Below, piece by piece: positions 18,801 to 37,672 of a stretch of DNA of 64,000 bases. Below the pieces are notes generated by a model. The model saw only the letters and a program-made list of their open reading frames with translations. It was not told the DNA's origin and made no database searches. Within the stretch, counting starts at the first letter, position 1, and every line of letters starts with the position of its first letter. Made by a program: the position numbers and the translations under genes. Source of the stretch: the human T2T-CHM13v2.0 reference genome, Homo sapiens; the NCBI RefSeq assembly GCF_009914755.1, contig NC_060925.1; one strand, 5' to 3'.

Positions 18801-19116
18801 ATACCAACAACTTCCTTTCTGGTATCCCTGCAAATGGAAAACTTTCTATGAAATTATAAGTACTTAAAGTAGAAAAGGATCATTAAGAGCTTCTCTTTAA
18901 TCTCCTAACACATAAGTCTGTTCTATATATTTTTGCCAAGTGACCGTTTAGCCTTTGCTTAGAGTTCTAATAATGCAAAACGCATTACCTCATAAGGCAG
19001 GTCATTCATTGCTTAGAAAATTTTAGTTGTTAGAACGTTATTCCTTACGTTGAGTCAAACGTGGCTTCCCTATAACTTCTAGTGGTAGTTCCTAGTTCTG
19101 CCCTCTAGCATCATGA

Positions 19117-19504
<388 letters not shown>

Positions 19505-20582
19505 TAAAATCACCTATAAATCTATCCTGCCACCTAGAAATAACAAAATTAACATTTTGATAATTATCTTTCCTGTAAGGTAGAATATATACAGGGAAAT
19601 TACATATTAATAGTTTATAATCTGCTTTCTTTGTACTTAATGTATTTTAAGGACCTTTTCATGTAAAATATTTGAAATTAAGATTTTTAATGATTACAAA
19701 GTATTTTATTATATAATTTATTTCATCTTGGTAAATTAGATTGTGTCCATTTTCATTAGTAATGCTGCAGTGAACATTCTGGTCAATAAATGTTTATGTA
19801 CAATTCTTATTTCTATAGGATGAATCCCTAGAAGTGGAATTGCTGGGTAAAGTATATAAACATTTAAAAAACTGTTACATGTTACCAGATGGTCCTGCCC
19901 CAAAAAATTGTATTAATTTTTAGTGTCACCAATTTGATAGGTAAATTTTAACATATTTTGTTTTAATAATTGGTCAGGTTAAATGTTTTTTGTTTATTGT
20001 TAATTTATATTTAATCATAATTTTTAAAAAATCATGTAATATATATTCCATATTCCAATTTCCTTAGTTGTCCCAAAAATATATTCTTGTAACTTTGGTG
20101 AAATAGCATCTAATCAAAGTTCACATTTAGTTATTGTCTCCTTAATCTCTTTTAATTTAGGTCACTTGTTTTATAGATTGTCCCACATTCTGAATTTTGT
20201 CTGTTTCTTGTGGTATCATTTAATTTGTTCCTCCATTCTCTGTATTTCCTGTAAACTAGAAGCTGGGTCCAGAGGTGGGATTAGATTCAAATTAAGTGTT
20301 TTTGGCAGGGATAATTCCTAGGTGCTATTGTGTATTCATCCTACACTATACCCTACACTATATCCTTCTAATCAAATCAGCAGGCATATATGACACTTAA
20401 TGACAGGTTGTTCCACAAATAGTAATACTAAGTTTGTTAAGGTGTTAACTGCCATGTCTTCCCATTGTAAAGTACATTTACCCCTTTTTAATTAGTAAAT
20501 TATCTGTGGGGTGATGCTTTGGTACCATGTGAATATCCTGTTCCCCAACAACTAACTGTTCACCTAATTGCTTGAGCATTTA

Positions 20583-20938
<356 letters not shown>

Positions 20939-21936
20939 TCATTTTCTAAATATATAATTTCTTCTACAGTTATTAACTAGCATTCTTTTGTAAAGATTTT
21001 CTATTACTTTACTATTACTATAACCTCATGGATTTTTTTAAAGAATCAATATGTTGTAATCAATTATAGCTACTGTTCTTGGTTTTTCTTTTTGATGCTC
21101 AATTTGTCTCAAATTTGATAAATGGGAGCTCCTTCAAGATGACTCTTGTTCCTATTGACATGATCCCATTAATCTTTTTTTTTAATTGTGGTAAAAAAAA
21201 TACATCTAACATAAAATTACCATCTTAACCATTTTTAAGTGCACAATTCAGTAATGTTACATATATTCACATTGTTGTGAAACATATCTCCAGAACCTCT
21301 TCATCTTGCAAATCTAAAACTCTATACCTACACAACAGTTCCCCCTCTCTCCCTTCAGTCTCTGGTAACCACCATTCTACTTTCTTTTTTTTTAAATATG
21401 ACTACTTTAGATACCTTTTATAAGTGGAATCATACAATATTTATCTTTTTGTGACTGGCTTATTTCGTTTAGTATAATGTCTTCAAGATTTACCCATTGT
21501 GGCATGTGACAGGATTTCCTTCCTTTTTAAATATTTTTATTTTTATTTTTTTTCTATTTTTCTCACCACTCAATTTCCTTCCTTTTTAAGGCTGAATAAT
21601 ATTCCATTGTATATATACACACCATTTTGTTTAATCCATTCATCTGTCAGTAGACATTTGGGTTGCTTCCACTTCTTGGCTATTGTGAATTGTGCCACTA
21701 TGAACATGGGTCTACAGATATCTCTTTAAGACCCTATTTTTAATTCTTCTGGATATATATGCAGAAGTGGGATTGCTGGACCATATGGTAGGTCTGTTTT
21801 TAATTTTTTGAGGAACTTCATACTGTTTTTCATAGCAGTTGCACCATTTTGCAGTCCTACCAACAGTGCACAAGAGTTCTAATTTTTCCCCATCCTTGCC
21901 AGCACTTATTTTTTTGTGCTTTTTTTTTTTTTTTGA

Positions 21937-22095
<159 letters not shown>

Positions 22096-23042
22096 TAGTA
22101 GAGATGGGGTTTTGCCATGTTGGTCAGGCTGGTCTCGAACTCCTGAGCTCAAGTGATCTCCCCATCTCGGCCTCCCAAAGTGCTGGGATTGCAGGTGTGA
22201 ACCACTGTGCCTGGCTTGTGTTTTTGTTTTTGTTTGTTTTTTTTTATAGTAGCTATCCTAAAGGGTGTTAAATCAGTATTCATTGTTTTTGTGTCCCAAC
22301 TAAGTATTGTTCACTGAAAAGCCAAGTAGTATATTATGGCTTCATTTTCTTTCTTGAATTGTTTATTTTTGTAGAGTTGTTAATTGCTTCAGTTTCTTTC
22401 ATTAAATTTTTTTTTTGGGAGAGCTTTTTCCTAGAGCCTTCTGTTCTACTGCTCCAATTTGCACTGCTTGTTCTTTAGCCCTGCAACAGAGCTGTCATCC
22501 CAGGATTTTCCTCTGCTGCCCTCCTGGGTTGAATCCTGTTTCTTGGATCCTATATCTTCCTCTTTCTTATTTTTGGTTTTAGTAGAGGACATCCTCTGAG
22601 AATATCTAAGAAAGGGTGCATAGATGTTTTCTTTGTGTTTACATATCTGAACATGTCTTTATTCTATCCTCATACTTGATTGATAGTTTGATATAAAATT
22701 CTAAATTTAAAATCAATTTTTGCTCAGAAATTTGAAGACATGGCCAGGCGCAGTGGCTCACGCCTGTAATCCCAGCACTTTGGGAGGCTGAGGTGGGCGG
22801 ATCCCAAGGTCAAGAGTTCGAGACCAGTCTGGCCAATATGGTGAAACCCCATCTCTACTAAAAAAAAAACATACAAAAATTAGCCGGGTGTGGTGGCGGG
22901 TGCCTGTAGTCCAGCCTGGGCAACAAAACAAGACTCCATCTCAAAAAAAAAAAAAAAAAAAAAGAAATTTGAAGACATTCAGTATTGCTCTTAAGAAGTC
23001 TGAAGTCTGTTATAAGTTTAACTTTTATTTCTTTGTATGTCA

Positions 23043-23348
<306 letters not shown>

Positions 23349-24120
23349 TCAAAAAAAAAAAAAAAAAGATAATAAGCATATTGGACTAAAAACTTTCTTT
23401 GTGCACCTTTGTAATTCCTCCCTTCTGCCTATCTCTGCCCCCTCTAATCCCCAGGCAAGATTGACCACTGATCTAGTGTCTACTGCAGTTAGTTTGCATT
23501 TTCTAAAGTTTTATGTGATGGAATCATACACTATGTACTCTTTTGAGTCTGGCTTCTTTGTCTCAAGATAATTATTTTGAAATTCATCCATGTTGCATGT
23601 TTATTTCTTTTTATTGCTGAGTAGTATTCCATTATATAGATTTATCCCTAAGTGAATGTTTACCCATTCACTTAGATGGGCATTTGGCTTATGTTCAATT
23701 TTTGGCTATGACAGATAAAACTGTTAGGAACATTCATGCACAAATCTTTGTATATATATGCTTTTATTTTTCTTAAGTAAATATCTAGAGTAAAATGACT
23801 GGGTCATACGGTAGGTGTGTGTTTAACTTTTTGAGAAACTGCCAGCTGGGTGCGGTGGCTCACGCCTGTAATCCCAGCACTTTTGGAGGCCGAGGCGGGC
23901 GGATCACGAGGTCAGGAGATCGAGACCATCCTGGCTAACACGGTGAAACTCCGTCTCTACTAAAAATACAAAAAATTAGCTGCGCGTGGCTCCTGTAGTC
24001 TCAGCTACTCGAGAGGCTGAGGCAGGAGAATGGCATGAACCCGGGAGGCGGAGCTTTCAGTGAGCCGAGATAGCGCCACTGCAGTCCGGCCTGGGCGAAA
24101 GAGCGAGACTCTGTCTCAAA

Positions 24121-24151
<31 letters not shown>

Positions 24152-24259
24152 CTGCCAAACTGTTCCCAAGTAGTTGTACCGTTTTTCATTTCTATTAGCA
24201 GTTGTATGAATTCCGGTTGCCCCCAGCCTTACCAACAATTGGGTATGGTCACTATTTTA

Positions 24260-24677
<418 letters not shown>

Positions 24678-25621
24678 TCATATTGTTGTACAGCCATCAC
24701 CATATCCATTTCAATAATTTCTTGGTCTTGCACATCTGAAGCTTTGTTTTTTATTTTTTTAAAGATGAAGGTCTTGCTATATTTCCCAGGTTAGGCTCAA
24801 ACACCTAGGCTTAAGCAGTCCTCCTCCTCAGCCTCCTGAGTGTCTGAGACTACAGGCACACATCGCTGCACCCACTACAAATCCATAGCTCTATACCCAT
24901 TAAACAATAACTCCCCATTCCCCTCCCCCTTGAGCCCCTGACAACCACCATTCCACTTTATGTGTTTATGAATTTGACTACTCTAGGTACCTCACATAAG
25001 TGGAGTCAGACAAAGTGGTATTTGTCTTTTCGTGACTGGCTTATTTCACTTAGCACAATGTCCTCAAGATTCATGTTTGTTGTTGCATGTGTCAGAATCT
25101 CCTTCCTTTTTAAGACTTAATAATACAGCATATGGATACCACATTTTGATTATCCATTTATATATCAATGGACACTTGGTTTGCTTCCACCTTTTAGCTT
25201 TGTGAATAATGCCGTTATGCATATGCATCTACACGTATCTTTTTGAGACCCTGCTTGCAATTCTTACATACCAAGAAGAGAAGAGGAATTGCTAGATCAT
25301 ATGCTAATTCTATTTTTATTTTTATTTTTGACATGGAGTCTAGCTCTGTCACCCAGGCTGGAGTGCAGTGGCACAACCGTAGTGCAGTACAGCCTCAAAC
25401 TCCTGGCATCAGTCTCCTGAATAAGGTTAAACTACAGGTGCACACCACCATGCCTGGCTAATTTCTTTTTATTTTTAGAGACGGGGTCTCACTGTGTTGC
25501 TCAGGCTGGTTGTGAACTCCTGGGCTCAAACTATCCTCCCACCCCAGCCTCTTGAGTAACTGGGATTATAGGTGTGTACCACTGCACCCAGACTATTTTC
25601 TTTTACTTATTTGTTTTTTGA

Positions 25622-25892
<271 letters not shown>

Positions 25893-25908
25893 TGAGTAGC
25901 TGGGATAA

Positions 25909-26088
<180 letters not shown>

Positions 26089-26204
26089 TAGAGACCGTGT
26101 TTTACCATGCCACCGCACCTGGCCCCCTATTTTCTGTTTGTTTGTTTATTTTATTTTGAGGCAGAGTCTTGCTCTGTTGCCCAAGCTGGAATGCAATGGC
26201 ATGA

Positions 26205-26522
<318 letters not shown>

Positions 26523-26625
26523 TAGTGATATCTCATTGTAGTTTTCATTTGCATTTTCCTAATGAGTAATAATGTTGAGCATCTTTTCATGTGCTTATTT
26601 GCCACCTGTATATCTTCTTTGGTGA

Positions 26626-26739
<114 letters not shown>

Positions 26740-27352
26740 TGAGGCCGTCCTGGCTAACACGGTGAAACCCCGTCTCTACTAAAAATACAAAAAAAGTAGC
26801 TGGGCATGGTGGCGGGTGCCTGTAGTCCCAGCTACTCAGGAGGCTGAGGCAGGAGAATGGCGTGAACCCGGGAGACGGAGCTTGCAGTGAACCGAGATTG
26901 TGCCACTGCACTTCAGCCTGGGCGACAGAGCAAGATTCCATCTCAAAAAAAAAAAAAATAAAAAAAATTGGATTATTTTCTTATTACTGAGTTTCGAGAG
27001 TTCTTTAAATACATGTTCCAAATGCAAGTTTCTTTGCCAGATAAGTAATTTGGAAATATTTTCTCCCAGTATATGCCTTGTCTTTTCATTCCCATAAGTG
27101 TCTTCTAAAGAACATAATTCTTAGTTTTGATGAAGTAAGTTTGTTTATTTTTATTTATTTATTTATTTTTCTTGGTAGTCACTGGTTATAGTAGATGAAG
27201 TAAGTTTAATCAGGTTTTTAAAAATTTTATGGGTGGGAAGCAGTGGCTCACACCTGTAATCCCGGCACTTTGGGAGGCCAAGGCAGGCAGATCACCTGAG
27301 GTCGGGAGTTTGAGACCAGCCTGACCAACATGGAGAAAGCCCATCTCTACTA

Positions 27353-27511
<159 letters not shown>

Positions 27512-27987
27512 TCAAAAAAAAAAAAAAAAAAAAAAAATTACGGATTATGCTTTCATGTGGTATCTAAGAAATCTTTGCTTAAAAGAAAAGGCCACAAAAA
27601 TTTTCTCCTATGTTTTTTTCTAGAGGTTTTATAGCTTTAGGGATTACATTTAGATCTATGATCCTTTTAAAATTTATTCTGTATGTAGTGCAAGATATGG
27701 ATTAAAGCCTGTAATCCCAGCACTTTGGGAGGCTCAGGTGGGAAGATTGCTTGAGCCCAAGAGTTTGAGACCAGCCTGGGCAATGTGGTGAAACCTTGCC
27801 TCTACCAAAAAAAAATTAAAAGGTTAGCCGGGCATGGTGACATACACCTGTAGTCCTTGCTACTCAGAAGGCTAAGGCAGGAGGATTGCTTAAGCCCAGA
27901 AGAGGGAGGTTGCATTGATGCACCACTGCACTCCAGCCTGGGTGACAGAGTGTAAGACTGTCTCAAAAAAAAAAAAAAAAAAAAAAC

Positions 27988-28049
<62 letters not shown>
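27988..28049 (+). repeat. Compound (TA)n(CA)n microsatellite on an Alu tail
   Basis: atatatatatatatgtatatatatatatacacacacac... Confidence 0.95.
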
Positions 28050-28052
<3 letters not shown>

Positions 28053-28347
28053 GGAATGTAAGGCTTATTTTCTTGGCACATGGATATTCAATTGCTTCTT
28101 TACCATTTATTGAAAAGACTGTCCATTCTGCATTGAATTGCCTTTGTACCTTTGTCAAAAATCATTTGTCTCTAGAAAAATCAGGTTTCCAGGAAAAAAA
28201 AGACTAATGTGTTCCACTAGTGTTCTTATTTTTCAGTTGTGTTGGCTTTTGTAGATTCTTTGCATTTCCATATAAATTTTAGAATTAGCGTATCAATTTC
28301 TTAAGGCTTGGTGGGATTTCCATTGGGATTGTATTGAGTCTATATAA

Positions 28348-28611
<264 letters not shown>

Positions 28612-29609
28612 TGATCAGCCCTCCTCAGCCTCCCAAAGTGCTGAGATTACGGGTGTGAGCCCCCGCGCCTGACTGAGAATTAACATTTTAATATTGAGTG
28701 TTTTGATTAAAGTCTTCTCTAATTTCCTTCATAAATGTTTTGTAGCTTTTGTACAGTCTTGCACATCTTTTATCCAATTTATCCCGGAGTGTTTCATATT
28801 GTGATGCTTTTGTAAAATGATTTAGTTTTTAAAATTTCAGTATCTGTTCATTGCTATTATATAGAAATGTAATTGATTTTTGTGTCTTGGTCTTACATTC
28901 TATAACCTTCCTAAATTCTTTTATTAGTTTTAGTAACTTTTTAATAGATTTCATCAGGTTTTCCCTGTAGGTTATCTTATTGTCAGCAAATAAAGAAATT
29001 TTTACTTGTTTCTTTCTGACTTGGATGCCTTTTATTTTCTTTTCTGGTGCTGCCTAGAACCTCCAGTTAAGTACAAATGAGATCTTTTCTTTTTGTTTGT
29101 TGTTGTTGTTGTTGTTGTTGTTGTTGAGACAAGAATCTCGCTCTGTTGCCCAGACTGGAGTGCAGTGGCGTGATCTCAGCTCACTGCAACCTCAGCCTCC
29201 TGAGTAGCTGGGACTACAGGCATGAGCCACCACACCCGGCTAATTTTTTTTTTTTTGAGATGAAGTTTCACTCTTCTTGCCAGGCTGGAGTGCGATGGCA
29301 CAATCTCGGCTCACGAAAACCTCCGCCTTCCATGTTCAAGCGATTCTCCTTCAGCCTCCTGAATAGCTGGGATTACAGGCATGTGCCACTGTATCTGGCT
29401 AATTTTGTACTTTTAGTAGAGACAGGGTTTCTCCATATTGGTCAGGCTGGTCTCGAACTCCCGACCTCAAGTGATCCGACCACCTTGGCCTCTCAAAGTG
29501 CTGGGATTACAGGTGTGAGCCACCGCACATGGCCTAATTTTTTGTATTTTTAGTAAAGACGGGGTTTCACCATGTTAGCCAGGATGGTCTCGATCTCCTG
29601 ACCTCATGA

Positions 29610-29876
<267 letters not shown>

Positions 29877-30523
29877 TAGTAGAGACAGGGTTTCACCATG
29901 TTGGCCAGGCTGGTCTTGAACTCCTGACCTTAGGTGATCCGCCCACTTCGGCCTCCGCAATTGCTGGGATTACAGGTGTGAGCCACTGTGCCCAGCCAAT
30001 TTTTTGTATTTTTAGCAGAGGTGGGGTTTTGCTATATTGGCCAGGCTGGTCTCGAATTTCTGGCCTCAAGTATCTGCCTGCCTCTGCCTCCCAAAGTGTT
30101 GGGGTTACAGGTGTGAGCCATTGTGCCCGAACCTGTTACTGATTTTAGAAAAACATTTGGAACTGGGCACGGTGGCTCATGCCTGTAATCCCAGTGCTTT
30201 GGGAGGCCAATGTGGGAGGATCACTTGTGCCTAGCCTAGGTTACAGAGCAAACCCTGTTTTGTTACTAATTTTTATGAGATGGGGTCTGGTTCTGTCCCC
30301 CAGGCTAGAGTGCAGTGGGGCCATCACAGCTTACTGCAGCCTCTACCTCCTTAGCTCAAGTAATACTCTTACCTCGGCCTCCAGAGTAGCTACAGGCACG
30401 TGCCACTATGCCTAGCTAATTTTTAAATTTTTTTGTAGAGATGGTCTCCAGCTTTGGCCTCCCAAAGTAATGGGATTATGAGCATGAGCCACCATGCCCT
30501 TCCTGTTTTCTGATTTCTATTCC

Positions 30524-30986
<463 letters not shown>

Positions 30987-32696
30987 TAGTAGAGACGGGG
31001 TTTCACCACGTTAGCTGTGTTAGCCAGGATGGTCTCGATCTCCTGGCCTTTCTTTTTTAAAAAATAGAGACAGTAGCCGAGTGTTGTGGTGGCACATACT
31101 TGTAGTCCCAGCTACTTGGGAGGCTGAGGTGGGAGGAACCCTTGAACCCAGGAGGCTGAGTGAACCAATGTCGTGTCACGGCACTCCAGCCTAGGTGACG
31201 GAGTGAGACCCTGTCTCAAAAAAAAAAAGTTAAATAGAGATGGTATCTCACTGTTACCCAGGCTAGTCTCGAACTCTTGGCCTCCCAAAGTGCCACAATT
31301 ACAGGCATGAGTCACCATGCCTGGCCTTGTTTTCTAGCTTTTTAATGTGGAAGATCAGATCATTGATCTTGAGAACTTTCTATTTTCTCTAAGCATTTTA
31401 AGCCATAGGCTCCCCTTTAGGCACTGCTAGCTGCATCCCACACATTTTGATATGTTTTCATTTTCTTTTTTTTTTTTTTAAGATAAAGCCTTGCTCTGTC
31501 ACCCAGCCTGAGTGCAGTGGTACAATCATGGTTCACTGTAGCATCAACCTCCCGGGCTCGTGATCTTCCTACCTCAGCCTCCCAAGTAGCTGGGACTACA
31601 GGTGTGTGCCGCCAAGCCTGGCTAATTTTTTGTATTTTTTGTAGAGATGGGGTTTTGCCATGTTGCCCACGCTGGTCTCAAACTCCTGGGCTCAAGTGAT
31701 CTATCCACCTCGGCCTCCCAAAGTGCTAGGATTACAGGTGTGAGCCACTGGGCCTTGCCTTAATTAATTTATTTTTTTATTTTTTTTTGAGATGGAGTCT
31801 CACTCTATCACCCAGGCTGGAGTGCAATAGTGTGGTCTTGGCTTACTGCAACCCCCACCTCCTGGGTTCAAGCAATTCTCCTGCCTCAGCCTCCTGAGTA
31901 GCTGGGACTACAGGTGCATGCCACTACACCTGGCTTATTTTGTAGTTTTTTAGTAGAGATGGGGTTTCACTGTGTTGGCCAGGCTGGTCTTGAACTCCTG
32001 ACCTCATGATCTGCCTGCCTCGGCCTCCCAAAGTGCTGGGATTACAGGCATGAGCCACCACGCCTGCCCTCCTTAATTTACTTTTATGTTTAAAGTAAAT
32101 GTCTTATAGAGAGCATATAATTGGTAGCTGGGTCTTGCTTTTTTTTTTTTTTTCCAGTCTCACAATCTCAGTCTTTAATTGGAGCATTAATCCATTTACA
32201 TTTAATGTACAATCCCATATGGCTGGATTTAAATCTGCCATCGTGTTACTTGTTTTCTATTTGTTTTTTGTTTCCACTTCCATCTTTCCCTGACTCATTT
32301 AATTTTTGTAGTATTTTTTAGTATTCCATTTTATCTCCATACTTACTGCCTATACCTCTTTGTTGTATTTTTATTATCTTATTAAATTTATTATTATTAT
32401 TATGGAGATGGGATCTCACTCTGTTGCCTAGGCTAGAGTGCAGTAACATGATTATAGCTCACTGTAGTCTTGACCTCCTGGCCTCAAGCAAGCCTCCCAC
32501 CTCATCCTTCAAAGTGTTGGGATTACAGGCATGTTATTTTTACTTTAAACAGTAAATTATCTTTCTTTTTTTTTTTTTTGAGACGGAGTTTCACTCTTGT
32601 CGCCCAGGCTGTAGTGCAGTGGTGCGATCTCAGCTCACCGCAACCTCCGCCTCCAGGTTCAAGCGATTCTCCTGCCTCAGCCTCCCTAGTAGCTAG

Positions 32697-32891
<195 letters not shown>

Positions 32892-33870
32892 CTAAATAGG
32901 AAAAATAGCCTTTTATATGCACTCACATACTTACATTTCCAGTGCTTTTGATTATTTTGTATAGATCCAAGTTTCGATGTGATATTATTTTCCTTTTTCC
33001 TAATGAACAACTTGTAATGTTTGTTGTAGTGCACATCTACTGATGAAGTCTCTCTGCTTTTATTTAGAACCTGTTTATTTTGCCTTCATTTAAAAAACTT
33101 TTTATTTTGAAAAATTATAGACTTATAAGAAGTTTCAAGACTCACCTCAGTTGTTTCTCTTTCCTCGGGGATCACAATTTTCAGTAGTCTGAAAGCACTT
33201 GTTTCATAATTTTGCCTAGTTTCTAGTAGCTTACAGTGAGAGGTTAAGTCCCCCATTCATCTTAGCTACAAGTGGAAATATCTGCTTTGATTTTTATTGA
33301 AGATCATAAACAGCAATGGTTATATAAATTCTGATTCTGAATTTCCCAGTACTGTTGAGGACATTCATATATCATTCAGTATCCCCTGTATCACTTCATA
33401 AGTGAATTACATAATAACTCCTGTTTCTTCTACTTTTTCCCTTGCCTGCAAGGAAAATCAGTCAAGATTTCTACTAGATCATCGCAGTTTTGTTGACCTA
33501 GAGGTGACACATTTGCATTCTTGCCTTCTACTTATTTTTTTTTTTCATTTATATTTTATTAATCTATTTATAAAAGCAGTAGCCCATGTCCCCTGTAGCA
33601 CATTTTTTCTTTCCTTCTCTCTTCATTCCCTCCCTGGTATTAAGTACTTTACATTGCATGGAATAGAGACATTATGATAGCCTTTAAGTAACTGAGTTTA
33701 AGGATTTACAGGAAAAGATGATTAGATGAGACTTTTCACCAGGTCTCGTAGTGAAAAGAATTAACCGTAGAGCCGAACTACACGCTCCGTCAGAAATGTG
33801 TGCCTCTAACTAGGTGCTGCAGCTCACACCTGTAATCCCAGCACTTTGGGAGGCCAAGGTGGGTGGATCA

Positions 33871-34179
<309 letters not shown>

Positions 34180-37129
34180 CTATTTAGCTATCTCAAGTAA
34201 CTGTTTTTCCTAGAGCCCTGCATGTGTACTGTTCTCTCTTGTTCTCATTACTAAAGCTCACATTGACATTTCAAAGAAGAGTATCTGATTGGTTTACTTA
34301 ATGACCTGCTGGTACCAGGCAGCCTTCTAGGTCATTATGTCATTAGCCAGCTGAGAGAGTCTCTGTTCTTTGGTCACGTGCCACACTTGATTGAGTTAGG
34401 GTCATGTGGGTGGTAAAAAGTATTATGTCCTATAAAACCTGTCAGAATTGGCATAGCAGGTACTCAGCATTATCCATCCTCCTCCATTATGATATAAAAA
34501 TTGATTCACTTTAAACTTACTAAGAACAGTTATTAAACTGGATGTTTCCCCAAAACCAGTCACCTTCATATTTATAGATTAAGATTTAGATGAATTGTTG
34601 ACGTCATTCCTGAAATATTGGGGGTTTTTCCCTCCTTTATTTCATTCTTAGTCACAAAACAAAGGACAGTCTTTACCACCTTTTTGCCACAACTTAAAAT
34701 AAACCCATGGTACTGATTGTTGGTCCAAGAAAGCCCATCTGTTAGAGACTATGAAGAGAAGAGAAAATTCAAATGTTCCCATTCTTGTTAGCATCTCTAA
34801 ATTTGGAGGAAGATGAGGTTCAAACTATAAGCTAAAATGAGGTTTTTGGATTATTAGCCCCACCTGGGTTTGAATCCTGACTTTCCTGATTTACTAGATG
34901 ATAGATGAGTATCTTTTCTTTCTTTTTTTTTCTTTTTTTTTTGGAGACAGTGTCTTGCTCTGTCACTCAGGTTGGAGTGCAGTGGTATGATCATGGCTCA
35001 CTGCAGCCTCCACCTCATGGGCTCAGGTGATCCTCCCACCTCAGCCCCCTGGAGTCGATGGGACTACAGGTGTGTACTACCACACCCGGGTACTTTTTGT
35101 AGAGACGGGGTTTCACCATGTTGCCCAGGCTGGTCTTGAACTCCTGGGCTCAAGCCATCCGCCTGCCTCGGCCTCCCAAAGTGCTGGGAAAGTATTTTTT
35201 TCTAAGCTTCAGTTTACTTGTGAATAAAATGGAGGTTATAGAGTTTGCCATCTGTGATTGTTAGAATTAAATTGTAGGATACATGCAAAGCAGTTAGCAA
35301 AGTACGTAGCACGTAAGAAGTGCTTGATAAATGTTAGCTCCCATTATCTCTAGATCATTAAGTCTTATTCATAATAAGAGTTAGGCTAGTCTAACAATAA
35401 GTTAGTTATTAGTGCTAAGGAAAATTAAAATTTTTTGGTACATGAGCTGAGATCTAATTATTGAGCCATTGTTTACAAGAGACATATGGCTATATGATTT
35501 TTACTTTCTAATCTCAACTATGAAATGTTGCTCCCAGAAAATTTTTTAAGGAAAGTCAATCCTATGATAGTTTTATATTGTTGGAATTCTGGCTTTGTCA
35601 TTAGACATGTGACTTTGGGCAAATTAGTTAACTTTTCTGTGCCTCGGTTTCTTTACAGTTTTATATACTTTTGTCTGTAAAGCGGGGAAAATACCTTATA
35701 GGATTGTTGTAAAGAATAAATGAGTTGATATATATAAACTAGCACATAGGACAGTGCCTTTATTTATTTATTTAAACAGGCTTGATATATAATGTTATAT
35801 AAATTGCTGCTGCTGGATTTGATTCCTAGAAGTTAAATATTTGAATATTAGGCCCCTTTGGCTAACTGGCTATTCTTCTCATCATTTAATGTGAATAGAT
35901 ATGTTTTTAGATTTATTATCTTTAGTTTCCATTGCCAGATTAATTTTCTAAAATGCAGGTGATAAGAAATGAGTGAGCTGAAGGACATGTTCTATAGATA
36001 ATCTTGTGGTTCCATTTTGATGGACACAGAATTTCCATATATTGCTAGCCCTCCTTTGTGAAGCTTTGGTAGGAAAAATGTATCTTGAAATTTTTATAAA
36101 GCTGATTCTCCCCTCCCCTGCCTCCCACTGAAATGTCCTTTTTGGGTGACCACAGGGAGTGGAGTGCTAGCGAGGTGAAAGTGGGGTATTGGAAAGGCAA
36201 TTTGAATTGAGACCTTTGATTTTAGCTTTACAAATCCAGCAGGTAAGGAATTTTCTAATCAAGAGTTACTTCCCTTCATGAGGAAACTCATTTCTGATTT
36301 ATTTTTCCTTCTCAAGGAGTGACAGTAATGCCTTTTCTTTCCATGAATGAGATTGAACATTGTTTTTATCATGTTTATTGATCACTTGTAATAATTTTGC
36401 AAGTTGTCTATTCATGCCCTTGACCTTTTTTAAAAAATAAAGAGACTGTAGATAAAGGACATTAAACTTTTGCCAAGTATGTTTCAAATATATTTTTCAT
36501 TTTGTCAATTATGTTTCATTTGGTCGTGCTTTTTTAACAGTAGAGAAACTTTTAATGAAATCTATAAATTTTTCCTAAAAAGTGTTATGGTTAGAAAAAT
36601 ATTTGAGTGCCATAAAATGTCATAGTTTATGTGTGGATGGATCCATTTAATAAACGTTTTTCCTTAAAATTTCACAGGATTTGCAGAGTCTTTGCAAGCT
36701 AACATAGACCTGAGGTGCTAACATCATAATAGCTACCACTCACTGCACACACGCTGTGTGCCATAGCAATGTGCTAGGTCTTTTACGTTCAATATTCCTA
36801 AAACTCAGCTTCAAGCTAAATTGTATTATCTGCTTTTCATAGATGAGTAGTGAGCCCTGAAGAAGTGAAATAATTTGCCCAGGGTCACAGAGCTAATTGA
36901 TGGATTGGAATTTTAACTCAACTCTGCCTAACTCCAAAGTATACAGTATACTTTCTCTACAAAGCTCTACTTTTTGAGGCTTCAAATAAATTACATTTAT
37001 CCTAAAAGTGACATTACTTTTACTAGAACTTGAAAATATGAGTCTGTAGCCTACTGAGACTGCTTTTGATTCCCGAAAGCACAGTAGATAAGGTAATGAA
37101 AAACATGTAAACGAGCTGAAAAGTCTCCA

Positions 37130-37672
<543 letters not shown>

